Of a stretch of 32,114 nt of DNA, positions 17,334 to 25,191 are shown in pieces (position 1 is the first letter of the stretch; every line of letters starts with the position of its first letter). The notes beneath the pieces are model-generated. The model was not told the origin of the DNA. It made no database searches and saw only the letters and a list, made by a program, of their open reading frames with translations. The DNA is taken from positions 1 through 32,114 of the IMG/VR virus record IMGVR_UViG_3300037420_000387, one strand, 5' to 3'. Source of the DNA: a virus. Its lineage: Duplodnaviria > Caudoviricetes. The position numbers were made by a program, and so were the translations under genes.

Positions 17334-17514
17334 AAATAGCTGAACGGGGTATCGCGCCCCGTCATGGATTGGCATTCTTACTGCGAGCTGTCGGCATTTC
17401 CAACACGTGGTGAGCGGTAGTAACTCCTTCCCGGCTTACGTAAAAGAGGTTTAACCGCTTAACTTGACCTTTTGCCTTTTACTTTTTTCCATGATTCTAA
17501 AGATTCAGCTATTT
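17334..17514 (-). ncRNA. Candidate tRNA-like (tmRNA-TLD-like) structured RNA
   Basis: 11-bp terminal stem AAATAGCTGAA/TTCAGCTATTT, 7-bp stem TCATGGA/TCCATGA, and a T-arm-like CGGGG-CGCGATA-CCCCG abutting the 3' strand. Confidence 0.6.
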
Positions 17515-17567
17515 CTTAAGTTTAGTTTCTCTTAATACCCCGGCTGTATTTAAGCTATGCCTGGATT

Positions 17568-17879
17568 TTATAACTGAATAACTTTTACAGTCTCAGCATC
17601 TATTCTATCTTGCTCATCTGCCGCTAATTTTGCCATTAGGAAACCGGCACATGGCTTATCCGCACATTTATAGTCTTTCGTATGGCACATAAATTCGCCA
17701 CCGTTCATAAGCTTATCGGCGGCATTATCGGCTGCAAGAAAGTAAAATAAGTTTCGTTCCTGCTCCCATTTACACGCGCACTCGCTGCACATCTTGCCGC
17801 AGTCAATACCTTTCTCTTTTGCAATCTTAGCGCCCTTTTTAGCTAAGTCGCTTAATGGCTTTGCGTAACTGACTATCAT
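17568..17879 (-). CDS. Cys-rich putative metal-binding protein
   Basis: CSECAC, FMCH, PCAG. Confidence 0.7.
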   Translation of the reverse strand: MIVSYAKPLSDLAKKGAKIAKEKGIDCGKMCSECACKWEQERNLFYFLAADNAADKLMNGGEFMCHTKDYKCADKPCAGFLMAKLAADEQDRIDAETVKVIQL

Positions 17880-17880
17880 T

Positions 17881-18090
17881 TTATTGCCAATGATTAAAAA
17901 TCAATTCTCCGTCACACTCTGAATAATTCACTTTTACTCTCGCTGCGACATGGTCAGGTGTTATATGCCCATCACTCTCAGAAACCTGCTCCAACTCAAT
18001 TGTTGACGAAAGGCTGCTGTTGTTTTTGATAGCCTGCTTTGCATTTTCGATAATTCGCTCCATCATACTGATGCTGATTTGAATTTTCAT
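17881..18090 (-). CDS. Hypothetical protein, first gene after the internal promoter
   Basis: ATG 18090 lies downstream of a consensus promoter. Confidence 0.7.
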   Translation of the reverse strand: MKIQISISMMERIIENAKQAIKNNSSLSSTIELEQVSESDGHITPDHVAARVKVNYSECDGELIFNHWQ

Positions 18091-18109
18091 TTCCGTTTGA
18101 TTTTATATT

Positions 18110-18185
18110 CAAATGTACAATTAATTATTTATACAAACCAAATATTTTGTATAATTTTTTATTTATGCATTTAATAGTATATTTG
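18110..18185. promoter_or_regulatory. Divergent promoter pair with palindromic operator
   Basis: Minus strand TTTG(18142-18139)-N21-TACATTTG(18117-18110); plus strand TATATTTG (18178-18185); inverted repeat TTATACAAA-N8-TTTGTATAA (18129-18154). Confidence 0.7.
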
Positions 18186-18188
18186 TAC

Positions 18189-18407
18189 ATGGATTTCAAA
18201 GAATATCTACTTACACAAACCGACTTTTCATTAAAGGCTCTCGCTTTTCGTATGTGGCCGGATAACAAAACCGCCGATCATTATCTTAGCGTTAAACTTC
18301 ATAACCTTAATAATCGCTCATTTACTGAAAAAGATGAGAAGCTCGCCCGAAAGGCTCTTGCCGAATTAGGAATTCATTTAACTAAGGTCGCCAAGCAAAA
18401 ACCCTAA
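18189..18407 (+). CDS. Small HTH-like regulator/antitoxin-like protein (start revised to MDFKEYL)
   Basis: SLKALAFRMWP..ADHYLSVKLH..RSFT pattern; the only convincing plus-strand gene besides cI. Confidence 0.65.
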   Translation: MDFKEYLLTQTDFSLKALAFRMWPDNKTADHYLSVKLHNLNNRSFTEKDEKLARKALAELGIHLTKVAKQKP

Positions 18408-18434
18408 TCCCCATTCTCCATAGTCCATTGAGCT

Positions 18435-18632
18435 TCAATTTTCATGTCCGGGGCAGCCTTTTACGGGGTCAAATCCATCACAATCGGCACTGGGAATAAG
18501 CTTCTCTCCGCGCGCTTGACGTTCCAATAATTCCTTTCTCGCCTTTCTGCCGTCCATCTCTACTAACTTACCTAACCGATAGTTTGATAATCTTAATAGC
18601 CCTTCAATACTTGCTGACATGTGTCTTTTCAT
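18435..18632 (-). CDS. Hypothetical phage protein
   Basis: GEKLIP..CDGFDPVKGCPGH. Confidence 0.75.
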   Translation of the reverse strand: MKRHMSASIEGLLRLSNYRLGKLVEMDGRKARKELLERQARGEKLIPSADCDGFDPVKGCPGHEN

Positions 18633-18832
18633 GGCTTTAATTCACTATGCTCTACTATCCAGTTAGCTGTATCAACCTTCATTACTTCGTTCTCCAGTTT
18701 TAGCCGGGCGATCTCTGCTGATTGCTCCCTTGCTATTTGTTCGTAATTAGGTTGGTGTAAAGAATAAAGTGCTAATGCTGTTGAGCTTATTAGTACCCCG
18801 AAAATAAGCCCGAAGGCGAAATGTGTTTTCAT
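18629..18832 (-). CDS. Single-TM coiled-coil protein
   Basis: Hydrophobic N-terminus followed by heptads; ATGA overlap. Confidence 0.65.
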   Translation of the reverse strand: MKTHFAFGLIFGVLISSTALALYSLHQPNYEQIAREQSAEIARLKLENEVMKVDTANWIVEHSELKP

Positions 18833-18843
18833 GTCTTTAGTTT

Positions 18844-19182
18844 TTAAAGTAGTTCTATTTGAAAAGCTGATGAATTATAAAAACTGATTGAATAGCGAGC
18901 ACCAATTTTTACCCGGAATAGTTGCCCGTTGTTATCAAAATAAATACTCCTTAATTTCCCGTTCCTCCTGATTCCATGTTTCGCTCTTATTTCGGGCGGT
19001 ATCATGTATTTATCAAGCTTACCAATGCCACCAAACATCCTGTTCAACTCGGATAAGTCTGCGTATTCTTGGGTTTGCTTAAATTCCTCTGCGGCCTTGT
19101 TATGATCGTAAGAGGGATAAGTGAATTTACCACCCGCTAAATGATGGTTTAAAATCTCGGTAAGGTTCTCAGCAAATCTCAT
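18844..19182 (-). CDS. Hypothetical protein
   Basis: ORF tiles the operon. Confidence 0.7.
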   Translation of the reverse strand: MRFAENLTEILNHHLAGGKFTYPSYDHNKAAEEFKQTQEYADLSELNRMFGGIGKLDKYMIPPEIRAKHGIRRNGKLRSIYFDNNGQLFRVKIGARYSISFYNSSAFQIELL

Positions 19183-19203
19183 TTTAGATTGATTTTAATT
19201 TAC

Positions 19204-19416
19204 TTATTGTAGTGTATAATCCTTAATATTTTCAAATGGCACTGAATACATCTCAACCCAGGCTGATACCTGTATTCCTATTTTCTCTGATCTGTAGAAG
19301 TCTGTTTCCTTCCATACTTCAAAGCTTAGGCGCAGGATCTTTATTGTTCTCTTTTCAAAAAGTCGCGCTTCTTTTATTCCTAAATAGCGGGAATGAGTTA
19401 TTTCGATTTTGTGCAT
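19204..19416 (-). CDS. Hypothetical protein
   Basis: ORF tiles the operon. Confidence 0.6.
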   Translation of the reverse strand: MHKIEITHSRYLGIKEARLFEKRTIKILRLSFEVWKETDFYRSEKIGIQVSAWVEMYSVPFENIKDYTLQ

Positions 19417-19418
19417 GA

Positions 19419-20324
19419 TTAGAATAATTTAGTTTTTGCAAATACGCCCTGCCCATTATAAAATATCTTCTCTATAGTCTGTTTTTTATTGTTTGTTGCA
19501 GAAAGTGAAGACCGATGCCTAAATGCGTGAACTTCTTTAAATGGAGTTGAATATTCGCTTATATAAACCGGATATGGACAGTCGTTTGCCCATTCATAAA
19601 AACGCTCATGATCAAATCCTGATTCTTTATATTCTTTAGTTCCTTTGTATGGAATATCACAATATATAACAGGATCGTTACCTGTAATCACTACGTTTTC
19701 ATAGGATTTATTCGTAATTTGCAGGTTTTGCAGGTTTTGCAGGCGAGATAGTGACTCTATATATTGTAGACTTTCAAGGTTCTGCAAATCAAAACGTGTG
19801 GTTAGTAGCTTTTCGATATGCTTACAAAATAATACACGTCTTTTTTGCATGTCCTTAACAGCCAAAAGCCCGGCCAAATCTATATTTAAAGCCTCCATAG
19901 CCTCTAAATCACCAAATACCACAAACTGGTGCGCCAACCTTTTCAATTCCTCAATATCTGCCCCGTAGATATATGAACACTGTTTATTCCCAAAACTCCA
20001 GCATGACATAACAAAACCGGAATACCAATCCGCATCCTGCCTGGAGCACTGCTTAAAGAACTCTTCTCGAGTTACCCATTCGTAAAACTTTTGCTCCAGG
20101 GTTTTATTGGTTTTCAGATATTCAACAAGGCTATATATGTGAGGGTTTAGTTCATTATAATGCACTGGAAACCGATAATCTTGAACCGCTGTGAAACTTA
20201 TAGATCCGCCCCCACCAAACAAATCATAAAAGTCAGTTAGAGTAGGATGACGTGAGGTTATGAAATGTAATATTTCGGATGCAAGTTTCCTCTTACTGCC
20301 CATGTACGGTATACCTAAGCCCAT
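19419..20324 (-). CDS. N6-adenine DNA methyltransferase, Dam/D12-like (orphan)
   Basis: PYMGSK, DLFGGGGS (motif I), YCDIPY (DPPY variant), ISEY. Confidence 0.85.
   Translation of the reverse strand: MGLGIPYMGSKRKLASEILHFITSRHPTLTDFYDLFGGGGSISFTAVQDYRFPVHYNELNPHIYSLVEYLKTNKTLEQKFYEWVTREEFFKQCSRQDADWYSGFVMSCWSFGNKQCSYIYGADIEELKRLAHQFVVFGDLEAMEALNIDLAGLLAVKDMQKRRVLFCKHIEKLLTTRFDLQNLESLQYIESLSRLQNLQNLQITNKSYENVVITGNDPVIYCDIPYKGTKEYKESGFDHERFYEWANDCPYPVYISEYSTPFKEVHAFRHRSSLSATNNKKQTIEKIFYNGQGVFAKTKLF
19718..19743. repeat. In-frame 9-bp tandem repeat (TTTGCAGGT, about 3 copies) encoding LQNLQNLQ
   Basis: Direct reading. Confidence 0.8.
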
Positions 20325-20641
20325 GTTTCGATGCTCCTATATTCAATTTTACGCCCATCTTTTTCAGCGTTCTTAATGCCGTATTCCATACCCTTAGAAA
20401 TTCCCATATCGGTGTACACAGCGGTTAAATCAGCATTAACACCCTAAACAAGACCTGCATCAATTCCTAATGCTCGCTCATGGTGTAATGTATCATCCAG
20501 TACGCCGGGCTGCGTGTAAAGCAAGTGACTTGCAAATGGCGCTTCGCCTCTTTCAAAACAATCACGCATACAGGCACGTGCATACTTCTCATTTCGTTCA
20601 ACATCCCCGGCATACGGCGATTCAATAAGAACTTTCTTCAT
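20315..20641 (-). pseudogene. DUF4406/nucleoside-deoxyribosyltransferase-like gene with an internal TAG
   Basis: IESPYAG...PFASHLLY...GIDAGLV*GVNADLTAVYTDMGISKGMEYGI...IEYRSI; the frame continues 42 codons past the TAG at 20444-20446. Confidence 0.8.
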
Positions 20642-20681
20642 TTTTATGTCTGGTCTTTTAATCCTTTTTAACTAATAGAGG

Positions 20682-21683
20682 TTAATATTTTAGTCTTTCT
20701 GCTATTGCCTGGACTACAGGGATGCTTACACCGTTGCCACATAGCCTATAGCGTTGTAAATCGCTTATTTCTTTAATTTCACCGGCATAATTCCCGTACT
20801 TAGTCCAGTTGTCAGGTAAACCTTGTCCTCGTTCATATTCAAGTGGGGTTAAATCCCTGAATAAATCCTCTCCTAAAAAAACACACTGATTTAAGCTCGT
20901 TTGGAAGGTTTGCGCTATTTGTTTACCTACCCTGCCTCTACGCGTTTCACTGTAGGGAAATGATGTGTTTATGCTGTCTCCTATTTCTGCAATTTCATAC
21001 CCCGAACTTGTTGCGGATTTAACTTTTATAATTGTATAATCACTGCCTAAGCGGCTTTTGGCTGACCGGGTGCCGAATGTACATGCAACTCCTTCTTTCG
21101 AATATTCGCCCTTCGTAGCATCGACTGATATTGCTTCTCCGATAGGAAATATTTGTCTGCTACCTGATCCTCTAAGATGTCCGACAAAGAATAACCGCTC
21201 TCTATTTTGGGGTAAAAACCAGCGTGTATTAAGAAGCTGCATTTCAATGTCGTATTGTGGCATACTTTCATTAAGGTAGGAGAGTACTTTAAAGCTTTCA
21301 ACGATGTCAATGCCTTTGTTGACACTGAGCAACCCGGCCACGTTTTCAGCAACGAAATTCCGAGGTTTAAACTTGTCGATAATGTTAACTGCTTCGTAAA
21401 GTAAGCCGCTTCGTGTACCTGACTGTTGTCCTTTGCGTTTTCCAGCAATAGAATTATCCTGGCAAGGCCATCCGAAAGTAAAGAGGTCAAGGTCGGTGAT
21501 GATTCCGCTTTGGCAAATAGTGTCAATTGATCCTGCATAGATTGAGTTTGGAAAATTGTATGAATAATTAGCTATTGCGTGTTTGTCTATCTCTGAGTAA
21601 TAACATTTATCGAACTTCCATCCGGCCCGTTCAAAAGCAAGGTGAAAACCGCCATAACCTGAAAATCCGTCTAAGTAGTTCAT
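20682..21683 (-). CDS. dcm: DNA (cytosine-5)-methyltransferase (orphan)
   Basis: Motifs I FSGYGG, IV GWPCQ, VI ENV, VIII QNRER, IX RDLTPLEYERGQG, X GNGVS. Confidence 0.95.
   Translation of the reverse strand: MNYLDGFSGYGGFHLAFERAGWKFDKCYYSEIDKHAIANYSYNFPNSIYAGSIDTICQSGIITDLDLFTFGWPCQDNSIAGKRKGQQSGTRSGLLYEAVNIIDKFKPRNFVAENVAGLLSVNKGIDIVESFKVLSYLNESMPQYDIEMQLLNTRWFLPQNRERLFFVGHLRGSGSRQIFPIGEAISVDATKGEYSKEGVACTFGTRSAKSRLGSDYTIIKVKSATSSGYEIAEIGDSINTSFPYSETRRGRVGKQIAQTFQTSLNQCVFLGEDLFRDLTPLEYERGQGLPDNWTKYGNYAGEIKEISDLQRYRLCGNGVSIPVVQAIAERLKY
21047..21538 (-). CDS. Candidate overprinted +1-frame gene inside the C5 methyltransferase
   Basis: 163 stop-free same-strand codons; begins MQDQLTLF; contains SLSDILEDQVADKYFLSEK..MLRRA. 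Confidence 0.6.
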   Translation of the reverse strand: MQDQLTLFAKAESSPTLTSLLSDGLARIILLLENAKDNSQVHEAAYFTKQLTLSTSLNLGISLLKTWPGCSVSTKALTSLKALKYSPTLMKVCHNTTLKCSFLIHAGFYPKIESGYSLSDILEDQVADKYFLSEKQYQSMLRRANIRKKELHVHSAPGQPKAA

Positions 21684-21704
21684 ATTGCTTTTAATAATCG
21701 TGAT

Positions 21705-21947
21705 TCAATCCCTAAAACTGTTTTTAGCACCCTCACTTAATCCATATACCTCACAGCCTAAAACTGGTCGCTCAACTATTTTTATTAAGTTGTATCGGCT
21801 TAAAGCGTGAAACGTAGTTGATCTGAAAGGGAGTGTGTTATTATCTACATCATCCAGTCCGTAACTACCGTCATCCCAAACGAATAACTTTCCGCCTGCA
21901 TTAAGAATTTCAAGTGTGTGAACTTGAGTTCCTGATAATTTTTTCAT
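21705..21947 (-). CDS. Hypothetical protein (winged-helix-like)
   Basis: KLSGTQ..LE.L, TFHAL.RYNLI; ATGA overlap. Confidence 0.65.
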   Translation of the reverse strand: MKKLSGTQVHTLEILNAGGKLFVWDDGSYGLDDVDNNTLPFRSTTFHALSRYNLIKIVERPVLGCEVYGLSEGAKNSFRD

Positions 21948-22423
21948 ATTGCTTTACTTAATCTACTTTCTGAAAAACCTAATGCTTTAGCTTGTTCGGG
22001 TGATGTTTCGATGAAAATGTGGCATGCTCTACAAACCGGCAGCCATGTACTTTGATCTAACAAATACTCTCCGCGGCCTTTTTTATGGTGCACGTCCGTA
22101 GTTGGCGATCCTATGCACTTAATCCGCGCCTTGCAAACTGGGTTGTTCTTTTTGAAAAGCTTCGCCGCTATGTTGTAAACTGATAATCTTTGCTGCTGCC
22201 TGGTCGAAACCTTTTTTATTTCAGATGTCTGGTATTTAAAAACTTTAGCTTCTTTCCCGTCTTCTGATGCTGTTAATCCTTTATGATTATGTTCTCCTTT
22301 TGATCTTTCTATAGCTTCAGTAGTAGCTTGTTTCCTGGCGCAAGTGTGACAGGTCTTTGGCGAAGATTTCCAGAGCACCGATAGTTTTCCGCAGAAGGAA
22401 CAAAGCTTTGGTTTAGCTTTCAT
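21944..22423 (-). CDS. HNH endonuclease with zinc-finger motifs
   Basis: CSFCG, CHTC, DVHHKKGRG, VCRACH. Confidence 0.8.
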   Translation of the reverse strand: MKAKPKLCSFCGKLSVLWKSSPKTCHTCARKQATTEAIERSKGEHNHKGLTASEDGKEAKVFKYQTSEIKKVSTRQQQRLSVYNIAAKLFKKNNPVCKARIKCIGSPTTDVHHKKGRGEYLLDQSTWLPVCRACHIFIETSPEQAKALGFSESRLSKAI

Positions 22424-22465
22424 GTCAGTTCAAAGTTTAAGCCATTAATAAAGTCTGTGCTCATA

Positions 22466-23986
22466 TCAAAATGGTTGATCATCGTTCTTATCCCAATCCG
22501 ATGAAGGTTTAAGGATAAAATTATTCGGCCTTTCGGCTATCTGAGTTGCTATAAAACCTAAGTCAAGGCTGGTAAACTTCACGTATTTACCAACGAACCT
22601 TAATCTTACTTTGCCAGTGTCTCCGTTCCTGTGTTTAGCTATAATAACCTCACCAACGCCAGCGGTCGGGTTGCCTTCCTCATCTTCGGTTAAACCGTAA
22701 TATTCAGGTCGGTAAAGAAATAACACCATGTCGGCGTCCTGTTCTATAGACCCGGATTCCCTCAAATCTGATAACATTGGGCGTTTTGCTGCTCCGGTCC
22801 TATTTTCTACTGCCCGGCTCAATTGAGATAGGGCTATAACTGGCACGTCAAGTTCTTTAGCAACAGCCTTTAAGGCCCTGGATATAGTGCCGATTTCCTG
22901 TTCACGGTTTCCGTTGTTCTTGCCATCGGTTTTACCGTGCATCAACTGCAGGTAATCAACAACGATCATTTGTATGTCATGCTTAGCTTTAAGGCGGCGG
23001 CATTTAGCCCTGAACTCGAATATGGAAAGTCCTGGCGTGTCGTCCATGATCAATTTACATTGATCAATAATGACGGTTTTCTCGTGTAGCTTTTGCCATT
23101 CCCAATCTTCTAATTTCCCTCTTCGCATTCTGTCCTGTTCAATTTCAGCCTCACCGGAAAGTAAACGGTTTACTAACTGCTTTGAAGACATTTCAAGGGA
23201 GAAAACCGCTACGGGTTTATCAAAATCAATCGCTGCGTTTCTGGCGCACGAAAGAACAAAAGCCGTCTTTCCCATAGCTGGCCGAGCCGCAACAATCACC
23301 AGGTCTGACTTTTGCCATCCGCAGGTTATTTTATCCAAATCATAAAATCCTGAAGGCACACCGGTTAAAGCATCTTGTTTGTTTTTAAGCGCGTCAAGTT
23401 CCTTTAGTACTTCGTAAGCTATATCTCCTACTTTTCTAAAGTCCCTACGGGTATTGTTTTGACCCAAATCAAACAGCTTCTTTTCGGCTGAATCCAACAA
23501 CTCTAAAACATCGGTTGTGTCCTCATAAGCGAAATTTATAATGTCGGTTGATACCCTTATTAACTCTCTTTGGATAAACTTTTGAAGAACTATTCGGGCA
23601 TGAACTTCTATATTTGCGGCTGATACAACCCGATTTGTCAATTCTGTAATGTAGTATGCTCCGCCTATCATTTCCAGTTCACCTTGTTTGCGTAGTTGGT
23701 TGGTAACCGTCAGAATATCAATCGGTGAAGAATCATCAAATAATTTCTTTATTGCCGAAAATAATTTTTGATGCGAGTCTTTGTAAAAAACCTCGGGCTT
23801 AAGAATATCTATAACCTCCGACAAAGCATTTTGATCCAACATTAAGGCTCCAAGAACTACCTCTTCCATATCAATTGCCTGCGGAGGAAGTTTACCTAAT
23901 CCGCTATACGGCGTAGGGTTGGATATTCTACCGCGACGTTCTGAAAAAGTCGGTTTGTTGTCTTGAGAATCGTTTTCGAGTATCAT
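22466..23986 (-). CDS. dnaB: Replicative DNA helicase
   Basis: LPPQAID, AARPAMGKT, FSLEMS, VVDYLQL, LSQLSR, DLRESGSIEQDAD, IIAKHRNG; start revised to ATG 23986. Confidence 0.97.
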   Translation of the reverse strand: MILENDSQDNKPTFSERRGRISNPTPYSGLGKLPPQAIDMEEVVLGALMLDQNALSEVIDILKPEVFYKDSHQKLFSAIKKLFDDSSPIDILTVTNQLRKQGELEMIGGAYYITELTNRVVSAANIEVHARIVLQKFIQRELIRVSTDIINFAYEDTTDVLELLDSAEKKLFDLGQNNTRRDFRKVGDIAYEVLKELDALKNKQDALTGVPSGFYDLDKITCGWQKSDLVIVAARPAMGKTAFVLSCARNAAIDFDKPVAVFSLEMSSKQLVNRLLSGEAEIEQDRMRRGKLEDWEWQKLHEKTVIIDQCKLIMDDTPGLSIFEFRAKCRRLKAKHDIQMIVVDYLQLMHGKTDGKNNGNREQEIGTISRALKAVAKELDVPVIALSQLSRAVENRTGAAKRPMLSDLRESGSIEQDADMVLFLYRPEYYGLTEDEEGNPTAGVGEVIIAKHRNGDTGKVRLRFVGKYVKFTSLDLGFIATQIAERPNNFILKPSSDWDKNDDQPF

Positions 23987-23993
23987 TTTTTGA

Positions 23994-24926
23994 TTAGTTT
24001 GGCGTTGCTTTTGTTCCATTTTTTAGGTACCATCCCTGATCGCTTTTCTTTCCGTCTGTTACCAGGTAGTGGCCCTGTATCTTCCACTTATCGCGGGCTT
24101 CTTTCTTCTTTTCTACACTCAATGAGCTGTAAATTTTATCATCTGGCACATCGGGGATGCTTATATCGTCGGGTGGTTTACCGGTCTTTTGATATTGAAT
24201 TTTCAATTCTTCATTCAGGCGTTGCTCCCAATTTTCTAAACACCAAGCGCCGTCTTCAAACTTTTCTTCCTGTTTACCTAAGAATTTGATGAAGTTGTGC
24301 TTAAACCCCGTCATTAGTTTCAACTTTCGGTAATTTTCGAATTGAACCTTAAAATTCTCTAGGCGGTCAGACCCGGCCAAAGCATGACAAAATTCGGTGA
24401 GAAGTTTATAGTTAGAGAAGTTGCTTATCTCGCTAAATCCGAAAAATTCTAAAACTGATTTAAAAAATTCCTCGCGTGTATAATCTCTTCTTTCTTTTAC
24501 TTTACTTTCTTTTACTTTACTTTGTGTCGTATCTGTGACAGATTCAATACTTTTTTGCTCTTTCTGTGACAGATATCTAGCTTTTGCGTTGTTTCTCTTG
24601 TCGATAACAGATTTTAACCTATGTTTTAGACCCAGACTAAAAATTACTGTACCTTCACGTATAAACAAACCTATATGGCATGAATAAGCTATTATTTCCT
24701 GTAAATTATTAGGTTCTAAATCAAAGTCACCGGCTATGATTTCAGTGTTTATGTCGTTAAAATCATATTCGAAATTTGCCGAATCAGTAAGTAATTCAAG
24801 TATCATACAATAAGCCGAATAACCCTCATGCCTGAATTTTCTTCTTAGCGCCTTAACCTTAGGGTCGTTACGCATACAACTATCGTGTGAAAAATATTCA
24901 GCATTATTTTTTTCAGGCTTTGCCAT
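23994..24926 (-). CDS. Phage replication initiator (DUF4373/Lin1244-like N-terminus)
   Basis: YFSHD..RNDPKVKALR..GY..Y..ILE and a QSKVKESKVKE linker; directly upstream of dnaB. Confidence 0.8.
   Translation of the reverse strand: MAKPEKNNAEYFSHDSCMRNDPKVKALRRKFRHEGYSAYCMILELLTDSANFEYDFNDINTEIIAGDFDLEPNNLQEIIAYSCHIGLFIREGTVIFSLGLKHRLKSVIDKRNNAKARYLSQKEQKSIESVTDTTQSKVKESKVKERRDYTREEFFKSVLEFFGFSEISNFSNYKLLTEFCHALAGSDRLENFKVQFENYRKLKLMTGFKHNFIKFLGKQEEKFEDGAWCLENWEQRLNEELKIQYQKTGKPPDDISIPDVPDDKIYSSLSVEKKKEARDKWKIQGHYLVTDGKKSDQGWYLKNGTKATPN
24490..24523. repeat. 15-bp tandem repeat (CTTTCTTTTACTTTA, 2+ copies) within the initiator gene; possible ori region
   Basis: Direct reading; lambdoid origins lie within the initiator gene. 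Confidence 0.6.
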
Positions 24927-24964
24927 ATAACGGTTTGTTCAATAATTATAAAAAGGTGTTTTAA

Positions 24965-25180
24965 TCAAAACCAACCCCTGAAGTTATCCTCGATAACAGG
25001 TCTTTCAGGAAGCATTTTAAATGCGGGATATCTTATAATTTTCTTAGCGCCCAAGCCTAACTCTTTAGCTAATAGCTGTAAAGAACTCTTATTAGACTGC
25101 AACTCAACAGCTAGTTCAACCATAGATAATCTGTGGTAATTCTCTTTAAAGAACTTAATCCGTTCGTCTGTTAATTTCAT
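24965..25180 (-). CDS. Small HTH protein
   Basis: LTDE.IKF.KENY..S..ELA.EL...LA.ELGL. Confidence 0.7.
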   Translation of the reverse strand: MKLTDERIKFFKENYHRLSMVELAVELQSNKSSLQLLAKELGLGAKKIIRYPAFKMLPERPVIEDNFRGWF

Positions 25181-25191
25181 GTTAATTGGCC

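Noticed and set aside
17334-17514. Canonical tmRNA (ssrA)
   Set aside because: Too short, no G3-U70, no CCA and no Ala-ending tag
20444-20446. Genome-wide TAG reassignment (code 15, as in some crAss-like phages)
   Set aside because: TAG is the proper stop of terL, the nuclease and the 698-aa gene; only one internal TAG was seen, at a Trp-like position
19419-22423. Restriction-modification system (methylases plus HNH)
   Set aside because: The HNH protein is a small phage-type protein and not adjacent as a cognate pair; orphan methylases are usual in this position
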